A stretch of 62,264 nucleotides of DNA, counting the filler, from Nemertoderma westbladi (taxonomy: Eukaryota; Animalia; Xenacoelomorpha), in the NCBI GenBank assembly GCA_032718475.1. It is 3 parts of 3 records of this genome, joined end to end, with 100 filler letters (N's around TTAATTAATTAA, not from the genome) between each part and the next. Parts side by side here need not be neighbours in the genome. Positions count along the whole stretch, not along the records: positions 24,033 to 52,511 come from JAUCBJ010008655.1; positions 52,612 to 62,264 come from JAUCBJ010006825.1; 1 more part is not named here. The stretch is one strand, 5' to 3'. Each line of letters starts with the position of its first letter. The first letter of the stretch is position 1. A program made the position numbers and the translations under genes. Positions 49,281 to 62,264 of the stretch are shown here, piece by piece. Below the pieces are notes generated by a model that had not been told where the DNA came from, did no database searches, and saw nothing but the letters and a program-made list of their open reading frames with translations.

Positions 49281-50759
49281 AGAGATATGAGATATTAATT
49301 TCAAGAAAAATTACGCGATTCCTAAAATTGTACACTACCCGGTTAAAAAGTACGCATGTGATGGGATTAGTCCTACAATTGCGCCAATAAAAGATAAGTT
49401 ATTTTCGGTAAAATAAAGTTATTCGAGGTTAAGACCCCTAGATCCCGTCGTACTGTATAATAAATTACTACGACTGTCTGACTCTATGAACTAAACAAAG
49501 ACTAAAGTTATCCGTTATTATGGTTACATACAGATATACATATTTGTAATTAATTTGAAATTGATTTTTCAATGATCACAGTCCGTAAGAATTTTTTTAT
49601 TTCCGCTGGCTACATTCCAATCGGACACAACAAAACACAAAGCTCTCCACTGTATTTTCAAAAATCAGATAATGGTTGTAAATAATCGCCAGGTTGTCGC
49701 AAAACTTACTAGCTACTGTAGTTGTTCTTTTACAATTTATCTGTGCCCCCTAGCGGAAACCATTTTGGATCGAAACGTTCTCTGCTGTCTTTACAGCACT
49801 CTGGCAACACACCTCTAGCGGGAGTGTTCCCAGATTTTGGATCAAAAAGTTACTAACTGGCCACTCAGTAGTCTCCTTAGTTACCCAATCAGATCACTTC
49901 CTAGAAGGTATTTAAGGGGCTGCTCGGTAAGGGGCCACTTTTTCCTCACTCTCGAGTCGACAACCTGGTTTTTTGGGCGATACAAACCCAGCTGCACAGT
50001 CTACTGATATCATTGTTTACCCCTTTCTGTTTCCTTTATATGATTCACAACATTTAATATGCTCAGTGGTTGCTTGTTTCAAATAAACTTTTTCACGTCT
50101 CTATGTAAAGAAATCTCTAACCTACAACTACATTGGGAGCCGTCACGTAGTTTCACTCCCTTCCCAACTGGCGTTACTATATCGAAGGACTCTCTCAAAT
50201 CTAAAGTGTCTAGTTTTCGCCACAGTTGTGGTGGTGGGGGGGGGGGGGGGGGGGGGGGGGTGGTGGTGTTGGTGTTACGCATAAAAATACACCCCCTACA
50301 TGGAAAAATCGATGTAATAGCAACCAATTATTCTCAAAAATACAATTATAACCTGTTCTATTGACCTTAAGGTTTATTGTTTTGGTTATAATAATGTGCC
50401 ACAGTAACCTACTCCTTTCCCTTAATTAATAATTGAACACAGAGACGAGGTAGTAATTCGCGGGGCATGATTTGCGTTGAACATTTGAACAGGTTGAAAT
50501 AAAACGAGGGCCGTAAAAGTTTTAAAGTGCTAATTATGAACAATGGTGAATCTAATTTTATTTATTTGTGGGGAATTATTTGTAGTTGTGCACTCAAACT
50601 TTCTAGAAGAACCTAATAATGACGCGGTGACATACTGGATATACTGGACATACATAGTAAAATGTATGGCGTAGGGACATACTGAGAAATAATGTCGCAC
50701 TGCGATATAAACTTGGAAAATATGTCGCCCTGGCGATTTGAGAGCGTGAAATTAATTCC

Positions 50760-52511
50760 TATGGAGCCCCTAAAGGGACATGAGAAAAAAAATTTTTTTT
50801 TTGCTAACTCGTGCGAACGACTTAGTATGTCGTGCGAACGACTTACTAAGTCGTGCGAACGACATACTAAGTCGTGCGAACGACTTAACTAACTCGTGCG
50901 AACGACATACTAAGTCGTGCGAACGACTTACTAAGTCGTGCGAACGACTTACTAAGTCGTGCGAACGACTTACTAAGTCGTGCGAACGACTTACTAACGG
51001 TGCGAACGACTTACTAACTCGTGCGAACGACTTACTAAGTCGTGCGAACGACATACTAAGTCGTGCGAACGACTACTAACCGTGCGAACGACTACTAAGT
51101 CGTGCGAACGACTTACTAAGTCGTGCGAACGACTTACTATCTGTACTTTGATTGGCTAAATAATACTGGTAATAAAAGTACAACCTTTTTAGCGGGTTTT
51201 TCAATTCAATCTACAGCATCCATCAATTCAATCTACCATATTGGATATAGGCCTACAAGTATACTCGGATATTTGTCTCCTAAGGAATCCCCACCACGCT
51301 TCAATCCTCTGATTAGCTGTGCTTGCGCCATCGATGTAACAGGTCTGTTGCATATTGTCAGTGTGATCTCTACGGATGAACTTCTGAAAGTCTCGAACGC
51401 GAACATTTTCTGTTCCAAAATCCCCACGAACAATCCGCGGAGCACCCTTGTTCTCAGTTATCGCTTCCAGGAAGTAGCCCCCGATAACTTTACTGTCATT
51501 GTTGGTCTTATATACGTTCAACCAAATCATTTTCCGGGAATATCCATCAATGCACCCACTGGTTTCATTAGGGATGTTACGCATTACTTATTCGAATTGA
51601 AATACGGATACGTTCTTTATTTAAATCGAATATTGTGGCGGAGTCACAATATTGTACAATACTCTAAATAGTAGCACCTATCTCACCTTCCCCCCCCCCA
51701 AAACCTGAGATTTCGATTACAGCTGTTCGATACAATAGTGAGATGGGAATGTTGCTTAGCAACACAGCAACAACACCTGACACTATAATAAGCTTATCTA
51801 ACAGCGCCGACCGTAGATAAGATAATACAGCTACTTAGTGACTTAGTTACAATAAAATTAATATGTTAAAGATATTATACTGAAATAATACTGTTACTTT
51901 ATTTCAAGCCGCGTTGTTTATATAGAACCCCATAATTTACTTTATTTCACGCTTACTTGAAAATAAAATATTCTAATAATATTTAACAAGGAAATTCGTG
52001 ACATCCCTAATGCATAATCCATAAGGTTTCAATTTGTCGTACCCGTCTAGGTGCCAGATAAAATTCGGTCCCCTTAGCAAAGTACTGGCGGCGACGCAAA
52101 CGTCTCGTAGCGCGCCATTGCGATGCCTCAGGATCAAGCATGCGGAGAATGTGACGCACATCTTCCTTTCGCACTCGCAGACCAGCTAATATGCACTTGG
52201 TGTGCATCATGCGATACCCATGCAGGTGTCCCGATCCCTTTACTTTCATTGGAAATGAAATTAATGAATTCTTCCGTATTAGAGTAAACATTTCTCCTGC
52301 CCAAATTCAGTCCACTCAATAAATCTTTAATTTGTCGGACGCTTAGGATACACTTCATTAATCTTAGTTTAAGCAGATGCAATCTGTCCGTATGTTAGGC
52401 CTACAGTTAAAGTACGTCGATATTAACAGAGCGCGTTCAGCCATTGATAATAATATTTTCAACCAATAAGCCATTAACCAACACATGCTGTAGATTGAAT
52501 TGAACAAACGC
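50760..52511 (-). mobile_element. IS3EU-type DNA transposon, degenerate, cut by the gap
   Basis: TATGG terminus, a 21-bp subterminal array at ~50804-51137, and integrase-like transposase pieces GYRMMH, LDPE, GPNFIWHLDGYDKLKPYG, CIDGYSRK, RGDFGTEN and NQRIEAWW. Confidence 0.8.
51566..52012. mobile_element. MITE inserted in the IS3EU transposase
   Basis: 16-bp TIR CATTAGGGATGT(T/C)ACG. It splits the GLCI/SGCIDG motif. No TSD seen. Confidence 0.7.
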
Positions 52512-52611
52512 NNNNNNNNNNNNNNNNNNNNNNNNNNNNNNNNNNNNNNNNNNNNTTAATTAATTAANNNNNNNNNNNNNNNNNNNNNNNNNNNNNNNNN
52601 NNNNNNNNNNN
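52512..52611. other. Assembly gap spacer
   Basis: N run with TTAATTAATTAA linker. Confidence 0.98.
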
Positions 52612-54050
52612 TGGTCCTCAAGGCGAAAGCAATGTCCTGCAAAGCGGAGGCAACTTTTTTCTTGTGTCAAGCTTGGGGGAACCAATGAGACACCTCCAAT
52701 GTTATATAGTGTCTGGTTGGAGATGTGTGCATTGTACTTGACACAATGAACCAGCATGGACTCCCATAGAGGAGTACTGGAACTACTTCTGTTCTAAATA
52801 ATCGGACCTTAAGTTTCCGATTAATTCTCTGCGACTTCCAAATCCTGGAAAGCCTATTCAAGGCTGCCCATGCCTTTCCCTTACGTATTCGAAGGATACG
52901 AAGGAGACTTCCGGATCCATGATCCCAGGTAACAGAAGTCGTCCACATGTTCAAGCATACCATCCTTTGAGCTTATGCTCATCCGGTCAGAGACTTGCTG
53001 AGGACTTTCAAAGTTAACTGTCAAAATTTTGGTCTTTTTGGAGTTAATGAAAAGACCAACACTAGAAGCAGCCTGTCCAAATGAGCTGAGGAGCGGTTGG
53101 GCTCCCTCTGGTGATTCTGAGAGTACTCCTAAGTCATCAGCAAAGTCTAGATCAGGTAGGTACTTAGCAGGATTTCCTCGACTTCTGGAGCCAGTAGGTG
53201 GAGTTACCAAAACCCCATCATCATTATGATGATCTAAGGACATGCGTAGAACATAGTCAACCACAATTATGAACAAGAATGGCGCAAGTGTGTCTCCTTG
53301 GAGGACTCCCCATAATACTTCAAATGGTTCTGTGTCACCATCAACTATATATACTGATACTGATCTGATTGCTGCAATAATTTCATCAGGAATCCCATAT
53401 AATGAAAGTATGCTGAACATACGTGAGCGAGACACTGAATCAAAGGCCTTGAAGAAGTCAACAAAGATAACAGCAGCCAGATGCATGTCTTTCTTTTTTT
53501 GATAACTCTTCAATTATCCTTCTAAGTGCCAAAATGGGCTCCATGGTCCCACGACCTTTACGGAACCCATTCTGATTTCCACGGAGCATTCTCTCAATGG
53601 GATCCCTGATGCAATTTAATAGAATCCTATTGTATAGCTTTGCAGCAATCGAGATCAATGTGGTTCCCCGAAAAGAACCATAGAGTGTTAGGTTGCCCTT
53701 CTTGGGAACTGGCACCAACTTATTTGTTTTCATTTCTCGTGGGACTCTTGTTGTTCTGTACATGTCTACTATGATGGGATAGATGAGCTTTAAACACTCG
53801 GGTATTTTAAAGACCTCAGGGGGAACACCATCTACTCCACTGGCACGATTGGTCTTAATGCTCTTTGCAGCAGCCTTCACTTCTGCAAAGGAGATATCGC
53901 CAATGGGAATATCTGGGAGTACAGACTCAGACACTTTTACTTCTTCCGACAGTCCGATGTATCTGGACTCCAGAAACATCGGAGTGTCGGAAGCTGTTTA
54001 GATGAAGAAGTTGTTTAGATGGCCTTGCCAACGACCAACGACATGAAGAC
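52612..54050 (-). mobile_element. Degenerate RTE LINE copy, same family as 47706-48801
   Basis: Highly similar sequence over the shared part, with frameshifts and internal deletions. FVDFFKAFDS, GVLQGDTLAP and FADD motifs. Confidence 0.92.
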
Positions 54051-56029
54051 GGTACCGGTAACTCTGTACCACTGTGACAGTTAACAGTACCGGTACCGTA
54101 CTGTAATCTCCTAGCAACCAGCTGATGCCAAGCCTAATAATTTTTGGGTAGATTAATTTATTATAACTGTAAGACAGTTAGACAGATGCTGCACGAAGAC
54201 ACCACGCAAATTCAACTTGGAAAATTTCTAAACTTTTGCCGGACTACATATGTAGCAAGTTTGGATATATTTTATCGAGATTTGGCTGAGTTATTAACGT
54301 TTACAATTGGACACAACAGATCAACAGAACAACAGAACAACAGACATACCGATTGAGTTAGTGGTACCTGTATGCTAAGCTCGCTTACTTTCGTCGCTCG
54401 CCCCACAATTCAACATACAAATTGCTGCAATCTTGAATAAAGGATTTGGCCTCTACAATGCAGTGTAAAAGAAGTAAAATGGCTGCACCTTTTATTAAAT
54501 TAATAATTTATTGAATATTAATGTGGCTCCATTTTCTCTATATTATCTTTGTAGGTGCGGTATACAAAAATGGCTTCGATTACTGGATAATTACTTTAGA
54601 GCTTACCAGTATACAGATGGTTGCAATACCAACGTAGTAGTTTTACCGATAATATATATTTTTGACCTATTGCATACTCATGACGTCCAAAAATATTACA
54701 TTTTTTAAAACAGAAAAGTTTCCTATGGAGTCATTTCGCTATACTGATTGTGATTACTGTACTAGTGCTAGGAGAAATAGTAAACTGATTGTGATTACTG
54801 TACTAGTGCTAGGAGAAATAGTAACTTTAGCGCCTAACATACAGTACTGCGGTTGTTAGTGTATGCCTATTGGGATCACCAGTGATTTGCCAATGTTTAT
54901 GGTGTATTTGTCATTAATGTACTGATCTCTTGAGTGCGGGAAACTCAAGAAAAATTGTGACAACAGATTTGAACTCAGCTTACTACTGTATTTCACATCA
55001 GAAACAATGTCCCTCCTATTAATTTACAATATGTAAAAAAAAACTTTTAGTCCAGTAGACGCTCAATAGAGCTCAAGGGAGGACCGTGAACTTGGGTCAT
55101 CACACAATTTTATTTTCTCAATGTCTTCCCTGATAGTAATAATGTAAATATTCACCGGGTGCCAGTTGGGATACCTTGGGGAATTTTTTTTACAGCATAA
55201 AATACAAGTACAAATTATTCAACCTATTCCAAAAATTACATTAAATTATAAACGTTTGTTACTGGAGTAATTGAATTAAGTGTTCTAGAACAGAGATAAT
55301 CAACTACGTATATCTGTATATGTTTAGATCTGAATATACTGTAATTGCAGTATACTTAGCTATGATCTGAAAGATTTGTTTACCCATATTTTGCAAATCT
55401 TTTAACGGTATGTAGGTCTACGCCTATGCTCTTTTGTTTTTTTGTTCACCGCCGTTTCGTTAACCGCTTCGTTTATATATTGCCTACCGCCTCGTAATTT
55501 AACTTGGTTTACACACACACTTTATTGGTGATTAGTCTTATTTATTGAAATGGATATTATAGCTAGTATTTTTATGGCAGCACACAGCGGCACATTTATT
55601 TATAAAATCAAAAAATAATATTACGTTACTTGTTTTGTATTTTACATACTGTAGCTAGTGTTTTTTATGGTTGGCAGCAGTTTTAGTTGTGTTGAAAATG
55701 AATTTAGCTAAATTGAAATTTCTAAAATATTCCAGAATAAGCAAAAACTCTAAATAAAATATTTTGGTGTTTTAGTAAAATTGTTTAATAGCTAGTATTT
55801 TGATAAAAATAGAAGCTAGAATAAAAAATATTATAGAATGTTGATTATGTTCTAGAAAATAATATATAAAAATCAAAGAAGCTTTAGCTCGTGGAAAACA
55901 ATTGGATGGGGGTTTCGACATGACGAACTAGTACCCTATTTACGTTTCAAAAGACGAAAAATGTATAATAATAGGACGATCGAAGGTGAAACCTCCCAAC
56001 ATCATGTACTGTTATTTAATCGGCGCTAA

Positions 56030-57657
56030 ATGATGGATGATTCGTGTCTGTTTTGCCGAAAAACATCTGGAACACTAATCACTGGAGGACCTATTCGCAT
56101 AAAGAACATCATAGCTTGTACTGCAGCCCTGAAAGTGATAACCTCAAAGAGATTCTTCTGCGAAAACTTAATAACGATTCCGAACTGAATGTTATTTTTC
56201 ACAAACAGTGCATTTCTACATAATATACTTCGAATCAACATAGAGCGTGAGTTAAAACGACGACACATTTTACCAGAAATTACCAGAACCACCTGTGAAA
56301 AAATTGCGTTCTGATGTACTTATAAAATATGAGCGCGATTGTGTCATAGTGGTAAAGTTTGTCTAAAGAAAGATGATAGGCATCCTAATCGATTGGAGAG
56401 GGTAGTTCAGTGCAAGACCAAGGTTGTTAAGGAAGAATTACTCCGGGTTTGTGATTTGCGAATTCTAACTCATGGTAATAATTTAGCAGAAACTATCAAA
56501 CTTCGCCTGGAAGGCATAGACCTAACTTCTGTGTCAGCCCAATGTCATAAATCCTGCTATAGTTCATTTCGGGCCCCACGAAGCATTTTAAAAACGTAAT
56601 AAAACCGTAAAAGCGTAATAAATCCAACAGTTATCAACAATATGAACTATCACTAGAAACAATTCTACCTTCCAGAGACATTATTATGAAGTCTGTAAAC
56701 AATAAACAAAATCTTATTCAATTGATGTGTAATTATACAACACATAAATCATTACACCTTGTTGGGGACTCTAATAATATATTCGAACATGAAGAAGCTG
56801 ATGTTACTATTATTAGTTACATATTAAAGTCATCTGATAATGACAACATCAGACATATACAGACATATACATACAGATGATACAGACATTTTCGTACTAG
56901 CAGTAGTATTCTTCTTCTAGCTCTATCAACCAACTGTTCAACTCTCCATACGTAGATTTAATGGAAAAATCATGAATATCAACACCAGCATTTTTATTGG
57001 TTTTCTGGAGCGCTGAATCGATTAAAAGTAGTATAGAAGCCTGAAGACTTAGTGGTTCGCCATTTTTGGTGCACCAAAATTAGGGCGTGGCACTTCAAAT
57101 TTTGAAAAATACGAGATTCGGAAAATACACTAAAGTTTTGATTTGCAAAGCATTTTTATGCATTAACTATATTACTTCCAATCGATTCAGCGGCCCAGAA
57201 AACCCATAAAGATGCGTTGAAATAAAAAAATTAGGGGCATTTTCTGAATATCTAATTTTTCAAAATTTGAAGTGCCACGCCCACTTCTTAGGTGCACGAA
57301 AAATAGCATCCACTTCAATTTTTGGAATGGAATATAATCACATTCGATTCAGCGTCTTGAAAAACCTACTAAATCTAGCCAACACTGCCACACTATTAGT
57401 TTTTAGAAAACGAAAAATTTTGTAATTTTGTCCTGGGACTACTTTTATTTATCATCAAAATTATGAGTCCCTGCTTATGAAATTTTAACTTTTTAAGGTT
57501 TGGTAGTGTTCATCTATAGTTGTTTCACCAACAGCCCAAATTTTGTAGGATTTCATTGGACGACTACAAAAATATAGTGGGTGGGCCGAATCGCCCCCCT
57601 CCCCCCCCCCCCCCAGTGGTGCTAATGGTCAAAACACCCCAGTGGTAATAGGGTTAA
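56030..57657 (+). mobile_element. Degenerate DNA-transposon-like relic with AGGG-TTAA right end
   Basis: Fragments DLTSVSAQCHKSCY and HEEADVTII..(D)DTDIFVL. Internal inverted repeats at ~57000-57300. Terminus ATAGGGTTAA. Left end not found. Confidence 0.45.
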
Positions 57658-57766
57658 GGTTGGTGCGCGGCGAGTTACAACTTCCAATTTATGACTATTC
57701 CAAAAAGATTTTGTCATTGAATGTTCATCTAGAATTGTGGAATGTTTTGAAATAATCACCTTGGGG

Positions 57767-59170
57767 TTAGGTACTGTAATAGAGGGTCATTATTGTGTAC
57801 ATAGAAAAGTTGTTCTTTTTATTCTTTCTAGGCTTGTCTTTTTTTACTTTAAGGGCTTGAAACTGCGTACTGACTGCTGCAGAAGCAAATTGTTGAGCAA
57901 CAATTTTCTCATCCCAGCCTCTCGCGACAAATGCAGAACCATACACAATGAGACTAGAAAAAAGATCTGAATCTAAACTACAATTCCTGCGCAAGCGTAA
58001 AGCTACACCATAAGGGATGTTTTGAATCTGTGAACGAGGATGTGCGCTTGAAGGACACAAATACTGATGTACGTCCATAGGCTTGTGATAATTTTTAGTT
58101 TGGATGTATCCACTGTCATCAATAAAAATAGTTAAATCCAGAAAATTTACTTCTTTACCAAATTGTTCTAACAATCTTTCCGGGAAGTACTGTCTCATTT
58201 AAATGTGTGACTAAATTTGTAACAATATCTTCCGAAAAATTAATTCCAAAGGAAATAATGTCGTCTCGGTATCTTTTGTATTCTTGTGGACTGTTATTAA
58301 AGGAAGACACTGCCGTGTCAATGCATTTGGCTCCCCATATATCGGTGTAGGTACAAGAATAAGAAGGTCCCATAGCTGAACCCCCAGACTGGGTGAAGTG
58401 TTTTCCATTGAAAGCACAACTATTGCTTTCAAGGCAAATTTTAAGAGCTTCTAATATGCATTCATTAGGTGGGTCACCTTCTGCAACAATTGTTCTGTAT
58501 TGTTCCAGAGTTTCCTCAACTGCCACTAAACCCATGCAGTTATCAACTGAAGGGAAGAAATTTGATACATCAAGGCACAAAAAGCTAGAGTTTGGCGGAA
58601 GGGGAGCTAGACGTTCATTGATATCTCGTATCCAAATCAAAACGTCAAATGTATTTTTTAGAAAAGCATCATGTTTGCTACCAAACTCGTGTAAATAATA
58701 TTCAACAAACTTGCCCAAACGGTCAGTAACTGATCCACAGGCGGATGGATTGAATATATCTCAATGGATGATTTTCCTTGTGTGTTTTCACATTTCCAAA
58801 TACTGTACCTGGTTGTGGGTCCTGGCCAATGAGCCAATCCTTGCATTCAATGATTGTTTTCAAATTTTTCCATTTTAAAACAAATTGAGTCACTTTAACT
58901 AAATAATCTACAGAAGGATCCAAATCGTGCTGTTTACCGGGTCACGGTTTTTTTCGTGGATGAAAATCAGGTGCTGTTTCACTTTCAACGGCCTGATCGT
59001 CTTCTCTGTGAACTACTGTAACCCCTAAATTTGTCTTCTTTTCTTGCATGTAATTATCAAATTTTATTCTTATAGATGAAGCAAATTTTATAAAGTCTAT
59101 GTCCGCCTGATACAAATCAGCATGTGGAGGAATTGGGCAAAACGAAGGTCCTTTCTTGAGCAACAAAATT
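57767..59170 (-). pseudogene. Penelope-like element reverse transcriptase remnant
   Basis: LLKKGPSFCP, KTHK..PLR, LDVSNFFPSV, GSAMG, RYRDDI, VNFLDL and YHKP..QYL..SSAHP..IPYGVALRLRRNCS. Frameshifted. No GIY-YIG seen. Confidence 0.88.
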
Positions 59171-59787
59171 GCTGGGTCATCGATTTCTATGTCTTCATAG
59201 TCTTCAGATTTGGCTGCATTATTTAGATATATATATATGGCGATATATATATTCCAATTTTCTTTGAATGATTTAATATTTATGATCCAAATATGTTTTG
59301 GCCTTGTAGAAAATTCCTTTCTCTACGTCTCTTTGAAAAATTAGAAGAAAATATTCAGCTAAATTCGAGACAATGGAAATTGAATAAAGACATATATGAC
59401 GAAGAGATTTGGCTGCATTATTTAGATATATATATATCAAAAATCCTTGAGTACAGCAGGAGTAGCTCAGACCGTTGTGCAGTGCACAGTGAGAGCCACT
59501 ACTGGTGACGTAATGAATGTTGGACACTAGGACACTCCCACATTTTTACTTCGGGTGCTGGAAGTTACTAGTTTGGTCGTAAATTCTGCACATTGCATTA
59601 GATTTATCATGGTCGTTATCATGGGTGCTGTCAATGTAAGAGGGGATATCATTAGAGGCGGCTAAGGTTCCTGTTTCGGTCGGATCAGGAGAAGCAGATG
59701 GTGGTACAACTACTAGCTCAGGAGAAAAATGATAGTATATCTTTGAACATTATTATTGTTTTCACTTATTTCAATTGAATATGTGGC

Positions 59788-59944
59788 TGGTTGCGAGAAA
59801 AGGGACCTGGGGACCACATGGTCGATTTTGCGTTTTTAGGCCTATTAGATGCAGAATTTTCTGGGCTTTCCGAATATCGAACAAGTTTTTTGATATCGTG
59901 TTTAAACAAAAAATTAAAAACGCAGGTCCCTTTTCTCGCAACCA
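59788..59944. repeat. 22-bp perfect inverted repeat (MITE-like)
   Basis: TGGTTGCGAGAAAAGGGACCTG / CAGGTCCCTTTTCTCGCAACCA. Confidence 0.7.
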
Positions 59945-60737
59945 ATGTTAATTTTTTGATCTGGTCCCTTTCTGACGGTCACGGTGGGCCTATCAGTTAG
60001 GAACACAACGCCCGATTTTGTCCTTTTGAATGCCAAAATTTGGCGTTGCCAAAACCAATCTAGCTGCATTTTCCCCATAGACGAACATAGGAAAAAGTGA
60101 GAATGCTAAGCGCATTCGATACAAAATTGTCGCATTTTAAAATTTATACCACTGGATTCCTTGCAAAATATAATGACATTTCACCTCGTAAGAAAAAAAT
60201 TTGCTTACGGCAGTACGGACTGACGGAATGAAAAGTTATCTCACTTTTAAAATATTATCAGAATTAGGCGTAATGGCATGAATGGAACGCCAAATTATGT
60301 CCACAGAAAAAGGAACGCCAGATTATGTCCTTGGAGTGTTTATTGGTTGACAGTCAGACAGATCCTGTGCTGAGCACTGTAATAGGTGCGAGACTGATCT
60401 AGGCTAATTATAAAGGGATGGCTTGGCTATGGCTGGGTTGACTATTTGTAAGGTAGGCCTATAACTTACTGGCGCCCAATGTCTGGGGCAGGTTAATGAA
60501 TAGAGCAGTAGACAGGTAGAGGGCAGATGTGACCTGGCTTTTCTTTCACACCTACAGACTGGGGTATTATGTGTGCAGGTGTGTGCTTGTATTATTATAT
60601 CAATAGATGTTGGTTTGACTATTGGCTGATTGGAGGGGGATCCAATGTTGAGCTTTAGTGTATACCCTCCAGTGGCTTTTCCTTTCCTTACAGCCTATTC
60701 CTGTACAGCTGTAGGCCTATTACAGTACCGGTGTAAC

Positions 60738-60860
60738 AGGAAAATATGCCCCCCCGGGAAATGTGCCCGGGGGGCATATTTTCCTAGGAAAAAATGCCCC
60801 CCCGGGCAAATTTCCCTAGGAAAAAATGCCCCCCCTTAGGAAATTATGCCCCCCCCTGAA
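60738..60860. repeat. Clustered direct/inverted GGAAAA.ATGCCCCCC motifs (probable DNA transposon end)
   Basis: Directly visible. Confidence 0.6.
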
Positions 60861-60894
60861 TTATACAATAAACAAAACTTATTACTACTAAAAC

Positions 60895-61219
60895 TTAAAA
60901 CAATAAACAGTCAATTTACCAAATGAAGGAAAGGAGCAGGTTACAGAGGCATGCTTTTCTAACCAAAACAATAAACGATCATTTAACTAATTGAGGGAAA
61001 GGAGCAGGTTACAGAGGCGGGATTTTCTAACCAAAACAATAAACAGTCACTTTAGCAAATCAGGGAAAGGAGCAGGTTACAGAGACGGGATTTTCTAACC
61101 AAAACTATCAACGATAACATTACCAATTGAGAGAAAGGAGCAGGTTACAGAGGCGGGATTTTCTAACCAAAACAATAAACAATCACTTTACCAAATCAGG
61201 GAAAGGAGCAGGTTACAGA
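60895..61219. repeat. 68-bp tandem repeat, ~5 copies
   Basis: GAAAGGAGCAGGTTACAGA at 60929, 60997, 61065, 61133 and 61201. Confidence 0.92.
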
Positions 61220-61675
61220 CTTAAAAAAGCTTGGAGCTGCTCGGCGCCCACACAACACCACACACTCGCACTGCTGTTATACCAGTACTTACTACAGTAG
61301 CCTACTGACTTAGATACTTCAGTATGCTGTTCTACATCCCTTACTGCCTTACCTGCTTACCTACCGGCAGACCGGTACCGTACTATTCTTCCAACTATTA
61401 CAAGTTCTGCAGTTGGTAGACTAGAGACGGCGTCAAGACGCCGTTAAGCAAGTCGGAAGTCGTCAATCAAAGGTAAGTTCCCTCAACAATGTTTACCTAT
61501 GTTCAGAAGGGAAGTGTTATTTACCTATGGTCAGAGAGAGATCCCACTCTGTAATTTGCAATTGCTCAAATCCATTCAGCTGAATGACTCTGTAGAGTAA
61601 ACTAAAGTAAATTCCCTCAGCCTCAACAGCGTTTGCCTATGGTGTGAAGGGAATCTGACAGAGAATAATCTTAGC

Positions 61676-62264
61676 CACTAAATGTCATTCACCCAACAAA
61701 AAATTTTGAATGCCACAGTGATTAACCCAATACAGATAATAAGCAGTTATTTTTATATTTCAAACTATAATGTTAGTGTAAGCCTTACAGAGTATCAGTA
61801 TGAGGCTGAGTAAACATTCCGCCTTATAAGCATACAGCCTCCACAGTATTAATGTTGGCCGAAAGATTTAAAAATAAAATACAGTGCAATAGTACTCTGT
61901 AACCTACAGTCATTCAGCTTGCACTAAATGTCAATCACCTATAAAACATTTAAACATTTTGAATGCCACAGTGTGTAACCTGATACAGATAATAAGCATT
62001 GATTTTTATGTTTTAAACTATAACGTTAGTGTTAGCCTTACAGAGTATCAGTATGAAGCTGAGTAAACATTCGCCTTATAAGCATACAACCTCCAAAGTA
62101 TTAATGTTGGACGAAAGATTTAAAAATAAAATACAGTGCAGTAGTACTCTGTAACTAACAGTCATTCAGCTTGCACTAAATGTCAATCACCTATAAAACA
62201 TTTTGAATGCCACAGTGATTATTAACCCAATACAGATAATAAGAAGTGATTTTTATATTTCAAA
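61676..62264. repeat. ~250-bp tandem repeat running off the window end
   Basis: CACTAAATGTCA at 61676, 61922 and 62174 with colinear downstream sequence. Confidence 0.9.

Overview
AT-rich eukaryotic (probably invertebrate animal) scaffold segment with two artificial 100-nt gap spacers, dominated by nested transposable elements. Two host genes are recognisable: a two-coding-exon glutathione peroxidase with an in-frame TGA at the catalytic (selenocysteine) position, and an intronless SEH1 nucleoporin. The mobile content includes a near-complete APE-RT LINE, three larger RTE-clade LINE copies plus a short fragment, L2/Crack-like and Penelope-like relics, an IS3EU-type DNA transposon, several MITEs, a small RT-less Gypsy with LTRs and TSD, and a minus-strand LTR element apparently inserted in the 5' LTR of a BEL/Pao element. 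The most striking item is that BEL/Pao element. It lacks RT/RNase H through an in-frame deletion, and between integrase and the 3' LTR it carries an extra ~865-codon ORF (now disrupted) with WRN/EXD-type DEDDy 3'-5' exonuclease motifs and CCHC zinc knuckles. Several hammerhead-ribozyme-like motifs also occur, including a mirror-image type III pair in a palindromic element. All calls come from reading motifs by eye; no database search was run.
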